Origin: the human T2T-CHM13v2.0 reference genome, Homo sapiens
Direction: 5' to 3' (one strand)
NCBI RefSeq assembly: GCF_009914755.1
Contig: NC_060932.1
DNA length: 64,000 bases
Below are positions 13,082-32,169 of this stretch, piece after piece; position 1 is the first letter of the stretch; the number at the start of each line of letters is the position of its first letter. The position numbers were made by a program, and so were the translations under genes. The notes under the pieces are model-generated. The model did no database searches. It worked only from the letters and a program-made list of their open reading frames with translations, and was not told the DNA's origin.

Positions 13082-14096
13082 ATGGGGAAAAAACAGAACA
13101 GAAAAACTGGAAACTCTAAAACACAGAGCGCCTCTCCTCCTCCAAAGGAACGCAGTTCCTCACCAGCAACGGAACAAAGCTGGATGGAGAATGATTTTGA
13201 CGAGCTGAGAGAAGAAGGCTTCAGACGATCAAATTAGAGTGAGCTACGGGAGGACATTCAAACCAAAGGCAAAGAAGTTGAAAACTGAAAAAAATTTAGA
13301 AGAATGTATAACTAGAATAACCAATACAGAGAAGTGCTTAAAGGAGCTGATGGAGCTGAAAACCAAGGCTCGAGAACTACGTGAAGAATGCAGAAGCCTC
13401 AGGAGCCGATGCGATCAACTGGAAGAAAGGGTATCAGCAATGGAAGATGAAATGAATGAAATGAAGCAAGAAGGGAAGTTTAGAGAAAAAAGAATAAAAA
13501 GAAATGAGCAAAGCCTCCAAGAAATATGGGACTATGTGAAAAGACCAAATCTACGTCTGATTGGTGTACCTGAAAGTGATGCGGAGAATGGAACCAAGTT
13601 GGAAAACACTCTGCAGGATATTATCCAGGAGAACTTCCCCAATCTAGCAAGGCAGGCCAACGTTCAGATTCAGGAAATACAGAGAACGCCACAAAGATAC
13701 TCCTCGAGAAGAGCAACTCCAAGACACATAATTGTCAGATTCACCAAAGTTGAAATGAAGGAAAAAATGTTAAGGGCAGCCAGAGAGAAAGGTCGGGTTA
13801 CCCTCAAAGGGAAGCCCATCAGACTAACAGCGGATCTCTTGGCAGAAACCCTACAAGCCAGAAGAGAGTGGGGGCCAATATTCAACATTCTTAAAGAAAA
13901 GAATTTTCAACCCAGAATTTCATATCCAGCCAAACTAAGCTTCATAAGTGAAGGAGAAATAAAATACTTTACAGACAAGCAAATGCTGACCGATTTTGTC
14001 ACCACCAGGCCTGCCCTAAAAGAGCTCCTGAAGGAAGCGCTAAACATGGAAAGGAACAACCGGTACCAGCTGCTGCAAAATCATGCCAAAATGTAA
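13082..14096 (+). pseudogene. L1 ORF1p, disrupted (TAG at codon 52; 2-nt deletion at ~13286)
   Basis: ATG GGG AAA AAA CAG at 13082 and in-frame TAG at 13235-13237. The downstream ORF 13239-14096 gives NLEECITR...HAKM. Length 1015 vs 1017 recalled consensus. Confidence 0.93.
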
Positions 14097-14132
14097 AGAC
14101 CATCGAGACTAGGAAGAAACTGCATCAACTAA

Positions 14133-17926
<3,794 letters not shown>

Positions 17927-19208
17927 ACAATGAGATCACATGGACACAGGAAGGGGAATATCACACTCTGGGGACTGTGGTGGGGAGCGGGGAGGGGGGA
18001 AGGATAGCATTGGGAGATATACCTAATGCTAGATGACGAGTTAGTGGGTGCAGCACACCAGCATGGCACATGTATACATATGTAACTAACCTGCACAATG
18101 TGCACATGTACCCTAAAACTTAAATTAAAAAAAAAAAACAAAAAAAAAAACCTACCAGTGGAGGTACAAAATAAAAAAAAAAAAAAAGACCACAGAATAA
18201 ATGAAGATGAAGGTTGTATTAGAACTAGACATGAAGACTTTTTTTTGCATCTGAAATCAAAGCAGTGGCTTTTGAGATAAATTTTAAATTTATCTAAATT
18301 ATGCAGGATTCCTTCAAGATAAATATTGTTTACTAGGAGTTGACAATGTTGGAAACATAGATGGATATAGTATTAAAATCTTACAAATGTTTGTGTTATA
18401 AGACTTAAAATATGGTAAGTATATAACTGTGGCTAATGATTTAGAATACTCATAGCCAGCCTTTAACTTTATTGATATGTAAGATCACCTAAAAGTGTCA
18501 TTAGAGTACAAATTCTTGAGGACGGGAACCATTATCTTTTTCTCCTGTATTTAGGGTGCTTGAAAAATGTTTAATGAACCTTTGAATGAGTCGCAACAAA
18601 AACCTTGTTTTGTCGGGTTCTCACTATTCTGTGTCCTGGGCACTAGAAATATTTTGTGTGTCTTAGATCCACCCAGTATTCTTTCTGTTTCCAAAGGCCA
18701 CAGAATTCCTCTATACTTTACTATGCTCTATTTTTGCTTTTCTCTGAAATGTCGAAAATCTTTGGATTCAACACAAATTTATTTTATGATGATGAGCTTT
18801 ATACTGTAGAGAAGCTCACAATAGCAGGCTGTCGTATATAAGATGATCTGACTGGAGCATTTGAATTGCTGGCTTATGTATGTCAGTTTGGCCACATGCA
18901 GTAAGCTATAGCTGATGTAGAAGAAAGCTTACAAAGTCTCCATAGCAGAAAGTGTACCACGGAATCCAGGAGAGAAATCGAATTCTTTGCCGTGGTCTTT
19001 CCTGAGGAGGATTTCTTCAATCTATATCACCTTTTATACAGAAAGCTTTAAGTTTAGATTAGCATTTTCCAAAATGTGTTTTCAAGAACATTTGTTCAAA
19101 GGTCAAATAAATGGAAGGTAATGCAGCCCCAGGTTCCCCCACACTCTCACCTTAGTAGTCGCATGAGTAATTCTGACCAGTTCCTGCAGTAAAGAAATTA
19201 TAGTTTAA

Positions 19209-19345
19209 GCTGGACATGGTGGCACTTGCCTGTAGTCTCAGCTACTTGGGAGGTGGAGGTGGGAGGATCCCTTGAGCCCCACAAGTTTTTGAGTCCAGCC
19301 TGGGCAACATAGCAAGACTCTCTGTCTCTAAAAAAAAGAAAAAAA
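19209..19345 (+). mobile_element. Alu monomer (FLAM/FAM-like)
   Basis: Single Alu arm with A tail. Confidence 0.75.
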
Positions 19346-20093
19346 GAAATGGGTTTAATTAAACCAAATGTTTCCCAAGCTTATTTGACCTTAGACTTTC
19401 TTCCTCTTCTCTGCATACGTTTTTCCCTTAAGAACTTAATAACTCCGTGGAGCACTGTGGTAAGTGCTTTCCTGGCTCATGGAGTTGCAGATGTGCAATC
19501 AGGCTTAACTCAATATTGAATGTACATGGAATTCTAGAGTTGAATGCATCTACCCTGGAATTCCAAAGGAATTTTTGAAATTCAGGAAAGAAAATGTCAG
19601 GTTTTTGGCCTTTGGTAGGTTTGCCAGTGTTGATCCCTTCTCAGGACCAAATCCCTAAAAGAGCATAGGCTATCATCAAGAGGAGGTACTTACTTTATGT
19701 TGACAATCAGATCGGTCAGTTTCAACAAAGGGAAGAGTTTGGAAAGACAGCCTAACCCCTGTGAGAGATAACAGTTGAGTAGGACTTAATAAGGGAGCTG
19801 TCAGCAGGTATAGTTTAAACTTTCAAAAACCTTTGACATTGCCTTTTTTTAATGGAAGAAACAATAATTTAAAAATTAATTTCTTTAGGATTTGGGAAAA
19901 TTGATTTTCTTCCTGAATAAGAAGAAAGTTTAGGGTTAGGAAACTTAAAAAAGCAGTTAAAGGACTGTTATTGTACTTGATCTTATAGAATGTTTTTATA
20001 TGTGTTTATAAGGACTATATATAATTTTCAAGCTTTTCTAAGATGAGGAAGTAAAGTCACTAACATTAACTAGATATGTTCTAGGTACTCAGT

Positions 20094-20402
20094 TTCTTTT
20101 TTTTTTTTTTGGAGACAGCGTCTCAGGGTCTTGCTTTGTCACCCAGGCTGGAGTGTAGTGGTGCAGTTGTAGCTCACCACAGACTTCGATTCCCGGCTCA
20201 AGCAATCTTTCTGCCTCAGTCTCCCTAGTAGCTGGGACTACAGGCTCACACTGCCACGCCTGGCTACTTTTTTATTTTTTTTTTGTATAGACAGAGTCTC
20301 GCTATATTGCCCAGGCCGTTTTCAAACTCCTGGCCTCAAATGATCCTCCCATGTCGGCCTCCCAAAGTGCTGGAATTACAGACATGAGTTACTACTCCCA
20401 CC
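20094..20402 (-). mobile_element. AluJ
   Basis: Poly(T) plus diverged dimer. Confidence 0.88.
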
Positions 20403-21084
20403 TCTCTTTTAATGTTCTCAATCCAGTGAAAGCAATGATATTATCCCCATGGACCAGTGGAAAAAGTGAGGCTTTGTACTAATTACTTATCTAAGATCAC
20501 AAAGCAAGTCACTGTTAGAGCCAGGATTCAAAGCAGGTCTGAGTCTGTGGCCCTTGTTCTTTCTACTGAACTAAGTAAATGAATTCGATTGATAACAGGA
20601 GAGCTCACAAAGCCATGAGAATGAACTGAAAAATGTCTGCTGAGTTATGGTATGGGGAATCTGCCTAAGGCAGTGTGCACTTAGGAAAAAGACCATGAAA
20701 CTGCTTTTCGGATGATCATCCTCAAGAGTCTCAGTTTTGTATCAGAAAACAGACTGTAGATTGTTTCTTCACTTGATCTTAGCCAAAAGTCCGAGAAGCG
20801 ATATAGATTATTTATTGAAGACATTTTTGCATTGTGTTTCTGGGACCAAAAATGCCAGCACAATGTTGAGTGTTACTGAAAAATGATCCAAACAGAAAAT
20901 ATCCTCCATTTCCTGTCTTGTAAAACTGTGATTTTTATCTGTACATGAATCATGGTATACAGCTTAATATCCATATTTAGAGGACAGAGTGACCTTGAGG
21001 TAAACCAGAGAAGGAAAACTTAAGTGATCAGAAAACAAAGAACTCCATGTGAGAGAACAGGCTAGAACGATCAGAATCTTCTTT

Positions 21085-21371
21085 GTTTTTGTTTTTTGTT
21101 TTTGAGATGGACCTCACTCTGTCACCAGGCTGGAGTGCAGTGGCATCGGCTCACTGCAACCTCTGTTTCCAGGTGGTTCTGCTGCCTCAGCTGCCCAAGA
21201 AGCTGGGATTACAGGTGTGCACCACAACGCCTGGCTAATTTTTGTATTTTTAGTAGAGACAGGGTTTCGCCGTGCTGGCCAGGCTGGTCTCAAACTCCTA
21301 ACCTCAAGTGATCCGTCCACCTCGGCCTCCCTAAGTGCTGGGATTACAGGCATGAGCCATGGTGCCCAGCC
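21085..21371 (-). mobile_element. AluS
   Basis: Dimer; TSD CAGAATCTTCTTTG. Confidence 0.9.
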
Positions 21372-22323
21372 AGAATCTTCTTTGAATAGATGTAGGTATA
21401 GAGAGAGGATTATTGATTTTAAAAGCACAAATCTTACGTAATTAGATTAAGTACATTTTTACCATATTCTGGAATTCTAAGAATTGGAAGGCAGTTTAAA
21501 ACCTGAAAGTGGCAAATTTAAGATTAATAAAAGGAAGCACAGAGTGGTAGTGAATGAGGAAAGCTTACCACTCTTATTCTTAAAGTATTGTAAGTTGAGA
21601 AACTTATGGAGTTCTTTTTTGTTTTGTTTTCTTTTTAAAACACTTGTCCAGAGATAACTTTGCTTCATTCAACTGAGAAAATTCCATCCTCATGAAAAAA
21701 AAAATTAGAGCGTGAAATCTTACTGCGTTTCATTCTGTCAGAAATTATGAAATATTAACTTGTTAAATCTTTGAGCAGGTTTAAAGAAAGATCTGTGAGG
21801 CCAAAGCAGGAAACTAAACAGAAGCGACCTGCAGTGTGTTGAGTATAGTCAGATATTGTGTGTACAGGAACTGATGTGCAAGTAAATTGTAACAGTTTAT
21901 TGTTTTTGATTTGGGATGATTTCAGTGTTACTCCAAAGAGCCAACTCATGATTCTGAGTAATCTCAATAGCCAATGGAAGGAGCTTAATCCTAAATGCTA
22001 CATTGTGTCATTCAGTGGAATTTGCCAAGTTCAGCAGAACTAGATAAGATTGGTACTAACAAGAGCAGCAGAACGCACAGGGGTTTTACTTTGCCCTGTC
22101 TGAAGCTCCTTCCTGGGGTAGCTGTTTCACAGAGAACTAGACCTGTCAAGAGTCATGTGAATATGTCAGACTCTGCATTTCTTAGCTACCTACTGAAAAG
22201 AATGACAGCTTTGGTCATTCTTTTGAGTGAATCCTAGTCAAACAAAATAAAATGTCAAAATGCTTCTTAGTTTTGAGACCCCTGGGTTTGGGATCATAGC
22301 ATGACATCCCTTAAAACTGACTA

Positions 22324-22662
<339 letters not shown>

Positions 22663-23101
22663 TCATTCCTTTTGGTTCTATTAAAAGGGGAGCTATTGGA
22701 AATGTTAATTGTTCTTGGCCTGAAACTTTAGGTTATAATAAGCAATTTTTAAAAGTCACATTTTTTATTTTATTTGATATGACACATGTTAAATTCTGAC
22801 TCAACTTATTATAGATTATTCCCAAAAACTTTTGGCTAACATAGTTTCGAAACCTTGGAAAATGTTTGTATAGCAATTTGTCCTAAAAATATAATCTCCT
22901 TCCAGAGAGTAAACCCTGGTGCTTAACAGTAGGGCCTCTCTATACAGTATTCCTGGGTTTGAATACTGGCCCTGCTATGTACTGGTTGTGGAACCTTAGG
23001 CAAGTTATTTAATCTATGTCTCAGTCTCCTCATCTGTAAAATGGGATTTTAATAATTATTTTTATAGGGTTATTTGTTGCAAGGTGAAAGTTAATGCATG
23101 T

Positions 23102-23393
23102 GGCTGGGTGCAGTGTCTCACACCTGTAATCCCAGCACTTTGGGAGGCTGAGGCAGGGAAGATACCTTGAGCCCGGGAGTTCAAGACCAGGCTGGGCAAC
23201 ATAGTGAAACACTGTCTCTTTAAAGAAATACAAAAATTAGCTGGGCGTGGTGGCACACACCTGTAGTCCCAGCTACTTGGGAGGTTGAGGTGGGAGAATT
23301 AATTGAGCCCAGGAGTTCGAGGCTGCAGTAAGCTGTGATTGCACTCTGGCCTGGGTGACACAGGAGACCCTGTCTCCAGAAAAAAAAAAAAAA
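23102..23393 (+). mobile_element. AluJ inserted in a MIR
   Basis: Dimer with TSD AATGCATGT. MIR core TCTCAGTCTCCTCATCTGTAAAATGGG upstream and TGCTCAATAAAT downstream. Confidence 0.85.
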
Positions 23394-23550
23394 TGCATGT
23401 AACATGCTTGGAATAATATTTGCCCCTTTAAGTGCTCAATAAATACTATTATTTATTTCCTCATCACATCTCTCACTTATTTTTGTTTTACTTCTCATCA
23501 TTTTATTTTTAGCATATCCTTTTATTTCCTTTTATTTTTTTAATTATGAA

Positions 23551-24231
<681 letters not shown>

Positions 24232-24563
24232 TAATGGACCTCCATGTAAGTATTGCCCAGATTTAACTCTTATCGAGGTTTTTCATACTTCCCTTAGCAT
24301 TACATCCCAAAGTACAGTCTTATGCAGTTCCTGTGCTGTGCTTAGATATCCCAACAGTGAAGCTCACTCAGGTTGTTCTGAAGATATTACATACTCTGAT
24401 CTTACATTATTTTTCAGCATTTTTTAGAAAAGCAACATGTTTGTTATCTAAAATTTCTGAGACACAACCTTATGAGTTTGGTATCTTTTCTGTCTAGATT
24501 TTTCTTTGTATTAGGAGGAATTGGTCTTCCTTTTTTTCTTAAAGTTTGAATTCTTCTTTACAG

Positions 24564-24667
24564 TCAGAAGAAGAAGTTGTAGAAGGAGAGAAGGAAGTCG
24601 AGGCTTTGAAGAAAAGTGCGGACTGGGTATCAGACTGGTCCAGTAGACCCGAAAACATTCCACCCAA
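24564..24667 (+). CDS. BNIP3L: BNIP3L coding exon 4 (104 nt; atypical BH3 region)
   Basis: tttacAG| acceptor and AA|GTGAGT donor. Translates [34 protein letters not shown](K). Confidence 0.97.
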
Positions 24668-24790
24668 GTGAGTTCTCACATGTTTCTTGTCAGTGGACAC
24701 AGTTGATCTGCGCACGCTTACAGGCAATGGGCCTGGTAATCCCCACGATATTTTCAGCAAATGACATCTGCCTCTGAATTTCTTTCTCAG

Positions 24791-24940
24791 GGAGTTCCAC
24801 TTCAGACACCCTAAACGTTCTGTGTCTTTAAGCATGAGGAAAAGTGGAGCCATGAAGAAAGGGGGTATTTTCTCCGCAGAATTTCTGAAGGTGTTCATTC
24901 CATCTCTCTTCCTTTCTCATGTTTTGGCTTTGGGGCTAGG
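24791..24940 (+). CDS. BNIP3L: BNIP3L coding exon 5 (150 nt; most of the TM helix)
   Basis: ttctcAG| acceptor and GG|GTAAGT donor. Translates [49 protein letters not shown](G). Confidence 0.97.
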
Positions 24941-25095
24941 GTAAGTACCGGTCAACTCCTGAAGTTTTTTCCATTCATTTTATCCTCTTATTTTCAGATT
25001 GAAGAAATGTATGTGAAAGCAGTTTTTATTGCTTTACTTTCAATGTTTTAGTGCAAATAAGGTGAACTTAAAAAAGTGGGTGCACAATTGTTCTA

Positions 25096-25477
<382 letters not shown>

Positions 25478-26928
25478 CTAAATGATCAAATGTAAGCGGA
25501 CTCCTCTGTGATTGATTTTTCTTTTTGGGTTTTGTTGTGTAATATTTAATCTTGAGTAATTTATGAACTAAACTAATCTTTAGCATGTACATTTTGTGGT
25601 CAGTGCAAATACCTTTTTTTCATATGGGAAAATACATGATTACATTGAATAGTTTTTTTTAATGAAACTGGTAGGTTGATTGGTGCTAATTTTTTCCTTT
25701 TTTAACTTTGTAGTATTTTCATTTATTTTGCTAAAATCAACCTCATATTTACGTGTAATTCATTAGTTTCTTAGCCACATCTTTTAAATAAATTGCTTTT
25801 TTTCCTTGATTTAAACAATTGAGGAATTACACTTCTGAAAGATTTTAGGAGTTAAACAGTAGCTGTTAATTTTTTTCAAGACGTATGTTGTGCTCTAAGC
25901 ATGCCCAGTGGGTCATTTTCAGTATAAGATATGCAGAAGATGGGGTCATCCTTTTTCTTCCCTTTAAGGAGCTCAGCATATTGGAGAGAGATTCTTAGTC
26001 ACGACCTCAGAAACTTGCATACAGCTTTCCACACACCCGTCTTGTCTCTCTTGGGTGCTTGATCTGCTTTTGTGAGGGCAAGGACAGTAATCAACAAACA
26101 GCAACCTAGAAGGGGTTTGTGCAGAAGGGGACTGTGTGACTGTTGCGTGGGGGTTGATGTGGGGCAGGTGTAGGAGTTTAATACATTGCTGCCTATACAG
26201 CAGTTCATTGCCCTTAAGCGATTGGTGTCTATACCTTGCCGTCTCTCTTTCAGTCATCTTCAGATTGTTTGTCTTGGCTGTAAGTATAACTATTGCTATA
26301 GATGAATGTAAAAAGAGTGTTTAAAAAGTTCGTTGCTTTAATTGCACTGGAGGTGAAGCTAGTTACATACTTTCCTTAACTTCCCTTCTGCTTTTGCTGT
26401 TGAAGAGGCCAAATACTTTCTTGGCATGAAAAAGTATTATAAGGCCCCTAATCCTTAGGAGTTATTAGTAAGAGCTGTCTTTAAAGCACTGGCAGCTTTT
26501 AAGGTTTTTTTTTTCTTTTGTCCTACATAGAGCACCAGAATAATTTCACATATTACTATATTTTTGTGTCTGAAATGTCAGTAGAACCTTCTGTCCACCA
26601 AAGAGGAACATCTTGAAGGAGTTGGGCTGCTTTATTTACTCTGTGGAGGGATCTGTTCTCTCTGGCTTTACTTTGTCTAATCACTACCCCTTTGCTGTCG
26701 AGCCCCGATATTTAATGAGTAAACAAACTCATATAAAACCAGTTTGGCCGGGCTGGTGACTGGTTTTAAGAAAGTCAGTGATGATTTCACGGTGTTTGGG
26801 GAGCGGTACCCACAAACCTTTAGAGCCTTTTACAAAGACTGAAGAGTTTTAAGTAGAGTTCAACCTGTGGACAAGCTGGTATAGAACTGTTGAAACAGGT
26901 GAAACATGATGCTTCTGCTTCCTTTCAG

Positions 26929-26977
26929 CATCTATATTGGAAAGCGACTGAGCACACCCTCTGCCAGCACCTACTGA
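26929..26977 (+). CDS. BNIP3L: BNIP3L coding part of terminal exon 6
   Basis: cctttcAG| acceptor. Translates (G)IYIGKRLSTPSASTY-TGA, completing the GxxxG dimerisation motif and the C-terminal tail. Confidence 0.97.
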
Positions 26978-29692
26978 GGGAAAGGAAAAGCCCCTGGAAA
27001 TGCGTGTGACCTGTGAAGTGGTGTATTGTCACAGTAGCTTATTTGAACTTGAGACCATTGTAAGCATGACCCAACCTACCACCCTGTTTTTACATATCCA
27101 ATTCCAGTAACTCTCAAATTCAATATTTTATTCAAACTCTGTTGAGGCATTTTACTAACCTTATACCCTTTTTGGCCTGAAGACATTTTAGAATTTCCTA
27201 ACAGAGTTTACTGTTGTTTAGAAATTTGCAAGGGCTTCTTTTCCGCAAATGCCACCAGCAGATTATAATTTTGTCGGCAATGCTATTATCTCTAATTAGT
27301 GCCACCAGACTAGACCTGTATCATTCATGGTATAAATTTTACTCTTGCAACATAACTACCATCTCTCTCTTAAAACGAGATCAGGTTAGCAAATGATGTA
27401 AAAGAAGCTTTATTGTCTAGTTGTTTTTTTTCCCCCAAGACAAAGGCAAGTTTCCCTAAGTTTGAGTTGATAGTTATTAAAAAGAAAACAAAACAAAAAA
27501 AAAAGGCAAGGCACAACAAAAAAATATCCTGGGCAATAAAAAAAATATTTTAAACCAGCTTTGGAGCCACTTTTTTGTCTAAGCCTCCTAATAGCGTCTT
27601 TTAATTTATAGGAGGCAAACTGTATAAATGATAGGTATGAAATAGAATAAGAAGTAAAATACATCAGCAGATTTTCATACTAGTATGTTGTAATGCTGTC
27701 TTTTCTATGGTGTAGAATCTTTCTTTCTGATAAGGAACGTCTCAGGCTTAGAAATATATGAAATTGCTTTTTGAGATTTTTGCGTGTGTGTTTGATATTT
27801 TTTACGATAATTAGCTGCATGTGAATTTTTCATGACCTTCTTTACATTTTTTATTTTTTATTTCTTTATTTTTTTTTCTCTAAGAAGAGGCTTTGGAATG
27901 AGTTCCAATTTGTGATGTTAATACAGGCTTCTTGTTTTAGGAAGCATCACCTATACTCTGAAGCCTTTAAACTCTGAAGAGAATTGTTTCAGAGTTATTC
28001 CAAGCACTTGTGCAACTTGGAAAAACAGACTTGGGTTGTGGGAACAGTTGACAGCGTTCTGAAAAGATGCCATTTGTTTCCTTCTGATCTCTCACTGAAT
28101 AATGTTTACTGTACAGTCTTCCCAAGGTGATTCCTGCGACTGCAGGCACTGGTCATTTTCTCATGTAGCTGTCTTTTCAGTTATGGTAAACTCTTAAAGT
28201 TCAGAACACTCAACAGATTCCTTCAGTGATATACTTGTTCGTTCATTTCTAAAATGTGAAGCTTTAGGACCAAATTGTTAGAAAGCATCAGGATGACCAG
28301 TTATCTCGAGTAGATTTTCTTGGATTTCAGAACATCTAGCATGACTCTGAAGGATACCACATGTTTTATATATAAATAATTACTGTTTATGATATAGACA
28401 TTGATATTGACTATTTAGAGAACCGTTGTTAATTTTAAAACTAGCAATCTATAAAGTGCACCAGGTCAACTTGAATAAAAACACTATGACAGACAGGTTT
28501 GCCAGTTTGCAGAAACTAACTCTTTTCTCACATCAACATTTGTAAAATTGATGTGTTATAGTGGAAAATAACATATAGATTAAACAAAATTTTTATCTTT
28601 TTTCAAGAATATAGCTGGCTATCTTTAAGAAAGATGATATATCCTAGTTTTGAAAGTAATTTTCTTTTTTCTTTCTAGCATTTGATGTCTAAATAATTTT
28701 GGACATCTTTTTCCTAGACCATGTTTCTGTCTTACTCTTAAACCTGGTAACACTTGATTTGCCTTCTATAACCTATTTATTTCAAGTGTTCATATTTGAA
28801 TTTCTTTGGGAAGAAAGTAAATCTGATGGCTCACTGATTTTTGAAAAGCCTGAATAAAATTGGAAAGACTGGAAAGTTAGGAGAACTGACTAGCTAAACT
28901 GCTACAGTATGCAATTTCTATTACAATTGGTATTACAGGGGGGAAAAGTAAAATTACACTTTACCTGAAAGTGACTTCTTACAGCTAGTGCATTGTGCTC
29001 TTTCCAAGTTCAGCAGCAGTTCTATCAGTGGTGCCACTGAAACTGGGTATATTTATGATTTCTTTCAGCGTTAAAAAGAAACATAGTGTTGCCCTTTTTC
29101 TTAAAGCATCAGTGAAATTATGGAAAATTACTTAAAACGTGAATACATCATCACAGTAGAATTTATTATGAGAGCATGTAGTATGTATCTGTAGCCCTAA
29201 CACATGGGATGAACGTTTTACTGCTACACCCAGATTTGTGTTGAACGAAAACATTGTGGTTTGGAAAGGAGAATTCAACAATTAATAGTTGAAATTGTGA
29301 GGTTAATGTTTAAAAAGCTTTACACCTGTTTACAATTTGGGGACAAAAAGGCAGGCTTCATTTTTCATATGTTTGATGAAAACTGGCTCAAGATGTTTGT
29401 AAATAGAATCAAGAGCAAAACTGCACAAACTTGCACATTGGAAAGTGCAACAAGTTCCCGTGATTGCAGTAAAAATATTTACTATTCTAAAAAAATGAGA
29501 ATTGAAGACTTAGCCAGTCAGATAAGTTTTTTCATGAACCCGTTGTGGAAATTATTGGAATTAACTGAGCCAAAGTGATTATGCATTCTTCATCTATTTT
29601 AGTTAGCACTTTGTATCGTTATATACAGTTTACAATACATGTATAACTTGTAGCTATAAACATTTTGTGCCATTAAAGCTCTCACAAAACTT
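26978..29692 (+). other. BNIP3L: BNIP3L 3'UTR (~2.7 kb, AU-rich, no obvious repeats)
   Basis: Follows the TGA. AATAAA at 27535, 28474 and 28853; distal ATTAAA at 29672 preceded by TGTA elements and followed by T/GT-rich sequence. The end coordinate is approximate. Confidence 0.8.
29672..29677 (+). terminator. Distal polyadenylation signal ATTAAA
   Basis: Upstream TGTA motifs (29612, 29640, 29649), a downstream T-rich element, and a composition change after ~29720. Confidence 0.7.
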
Positions 29693-31589
29693 TTCCTGTC
29701 AGTATATCATTTTTCTGTCGCACCTGTTGCCTGGGAGTTTCAGGCGATGAGGCCTCCTCGCCTACACACAGCCTTCCAGTCATCTGGCTTCCCCAGCAGT
29801 GGAGTTCCTAACAGTGCTCAGGGTGTGAACGGTGTTCTGTGGGGACAGTCACCGCAGTGTGAGCATTCGTGAGTGCCTCGGGACTGTGGCATTCAGAGCA
29901 TTTGCCTCCAGGTAGTGGCAGGAGGGCGCTCACGGGAGGAGTGCTCAGGAAGTACAGGAGAGAAGAAGAGTGTGCCCTGATGGAAATGACAGTGGGACAC
30001 CAGTGAAAGTGGATCCAGAAGGAACTGGAAGTTCCACGTGCCTGGAAAACAGGATGGATACAGAGGAAACTGAAAAATGTAGGTTAGTACTGAACCTAAT
30101 TGAAATGTGTGTGCCCTCCCAGGGGTCACACTTCATCATATAGTTAGCTGGGTTTACTTCTTTTAAACCAGGAGGTGATTTAAGATGTAAATTTTAGACA
30201 GTCAAGCCATCTGGTGAGAGAGTACCAGAGGAGATCAATCAGTTCTCTAGGCGAGGAGCTAGGGCCTGTCCTGGGCTGTCACCCTGAGGTTGGCAGTGGT
30301 GGGCCAGGATACGTATGAGAAACAAAGCGGAAGTAAACTGGTCAGAAAGTGACTTAGAGACGAAGGCGTGTGTATTCCTTTGTGTGTGTGGCCCGAAAAC
30401 ATGGGTTGATCCCATTAGTTAAAGGAGGACAGGAGAAGAAATGGGGTGGTAGGAGCAAAGAGGGAGGATTTCAGTTTTGAGTGCGTTGAACATGAAATGT
30501 CTGAGGGCCTTCTGATTGGACACTTATTAAATAGAACTATAACCCAGGAGAAGGGTCTGGAGTGGAAGTAAAACACAATCAGACCCATGCATTATATATT
30601 TATATGATGTTTAAAGATTGGACAATGGGCAAGGAAGAAAGTTACTCAAACAACAGGGAAGCCCAAAATTTGAAGGCTAAGCAGAAGAGAAGTTCTAGGT
30701 GAAATTGTTGGTATCACAGAAACCCCAAAAGTAGGAGGTGACCAAGCCTGACATGTTTCGTGGTTAAGTAAGATGAATCGAGAAGCTTTGGAATATGGCA
30801 GTCAGATCTGTGCTGATCTTTGCAAGAGCATTTTCTGTAGGAGTGAAAGAGGGATCCTGGATAAGATTGTGTTGGGTCAATGAATGAATAGCAAGAAGTG
30901 TTGGCTTTTTTGAATAAACTTCATGATTAAGAAAACAAGGGGGGAGTTTCTGAAGAGGAGACAGGATAGTAGGATTGTTGGCTTAGGTTGGGAATATAGA
31001 GGGGCCAATGTGTAGGCTAAGGAGAGAGAGCAAAGGGAGATATTAGCGTTACGGAGGGAGCAGATCAGTAATGGAAGAGTGGGACGTACTCCCTCCCGGA
31101 GAGGAAGGAAATGTAATTAAGCACTCAGGGAGGGTGAGCCTTAGAAAGGTGGAGTTTACAAAACCCAGACATTGATGACAGGAAATGAAGACATGAGAAG
31201 GGGTGAGTTAGAAATGGAAAGTGATGAAACCCCTGTCTGGTGGCTCCACTTTCTCCATGTTTGAGGAGGAGGCGGTGGTCGATGCTGAAGGAAGACAGAG
31301 CTGTTTCCCATCAGTATCTCCTCTGGAAGGAGACGGGAACTAATGCTGAAATCCTCAAAGCCTTACAATGGCTCCTGCCTTCATTCCCCAGTGCAGCCAG
31401 AAGCACCAGGCAGGTGGACTGGGCTCTGCTGCTTCACAGCCTGGGCGACATGATGCTTTGAGCTTCAGCTGTCTCCTGTGTCAAGCCAAGGGGCTGCCCG
31501 AGGTGCTCTCTGTGGACCTTTTAATTCTGCAGTTGCTGTTAGTAAATTATGGTTCAGGGTAAAAAGCAGGATTAGGAATGGGTGAATGA

Positions 31590-32169
<580 letters not shown>

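Noticed and set aside
24539-24898. 119-aa minus-strand ORF
   Set aside because: Antisense shadow of BNIP3L exons 4-5 with no independent evidence.
29261-29578. 105-aa ORF in the 3'UTR
   Set aside because: TTG start, no recognisable homology, AT-rich UTR context.
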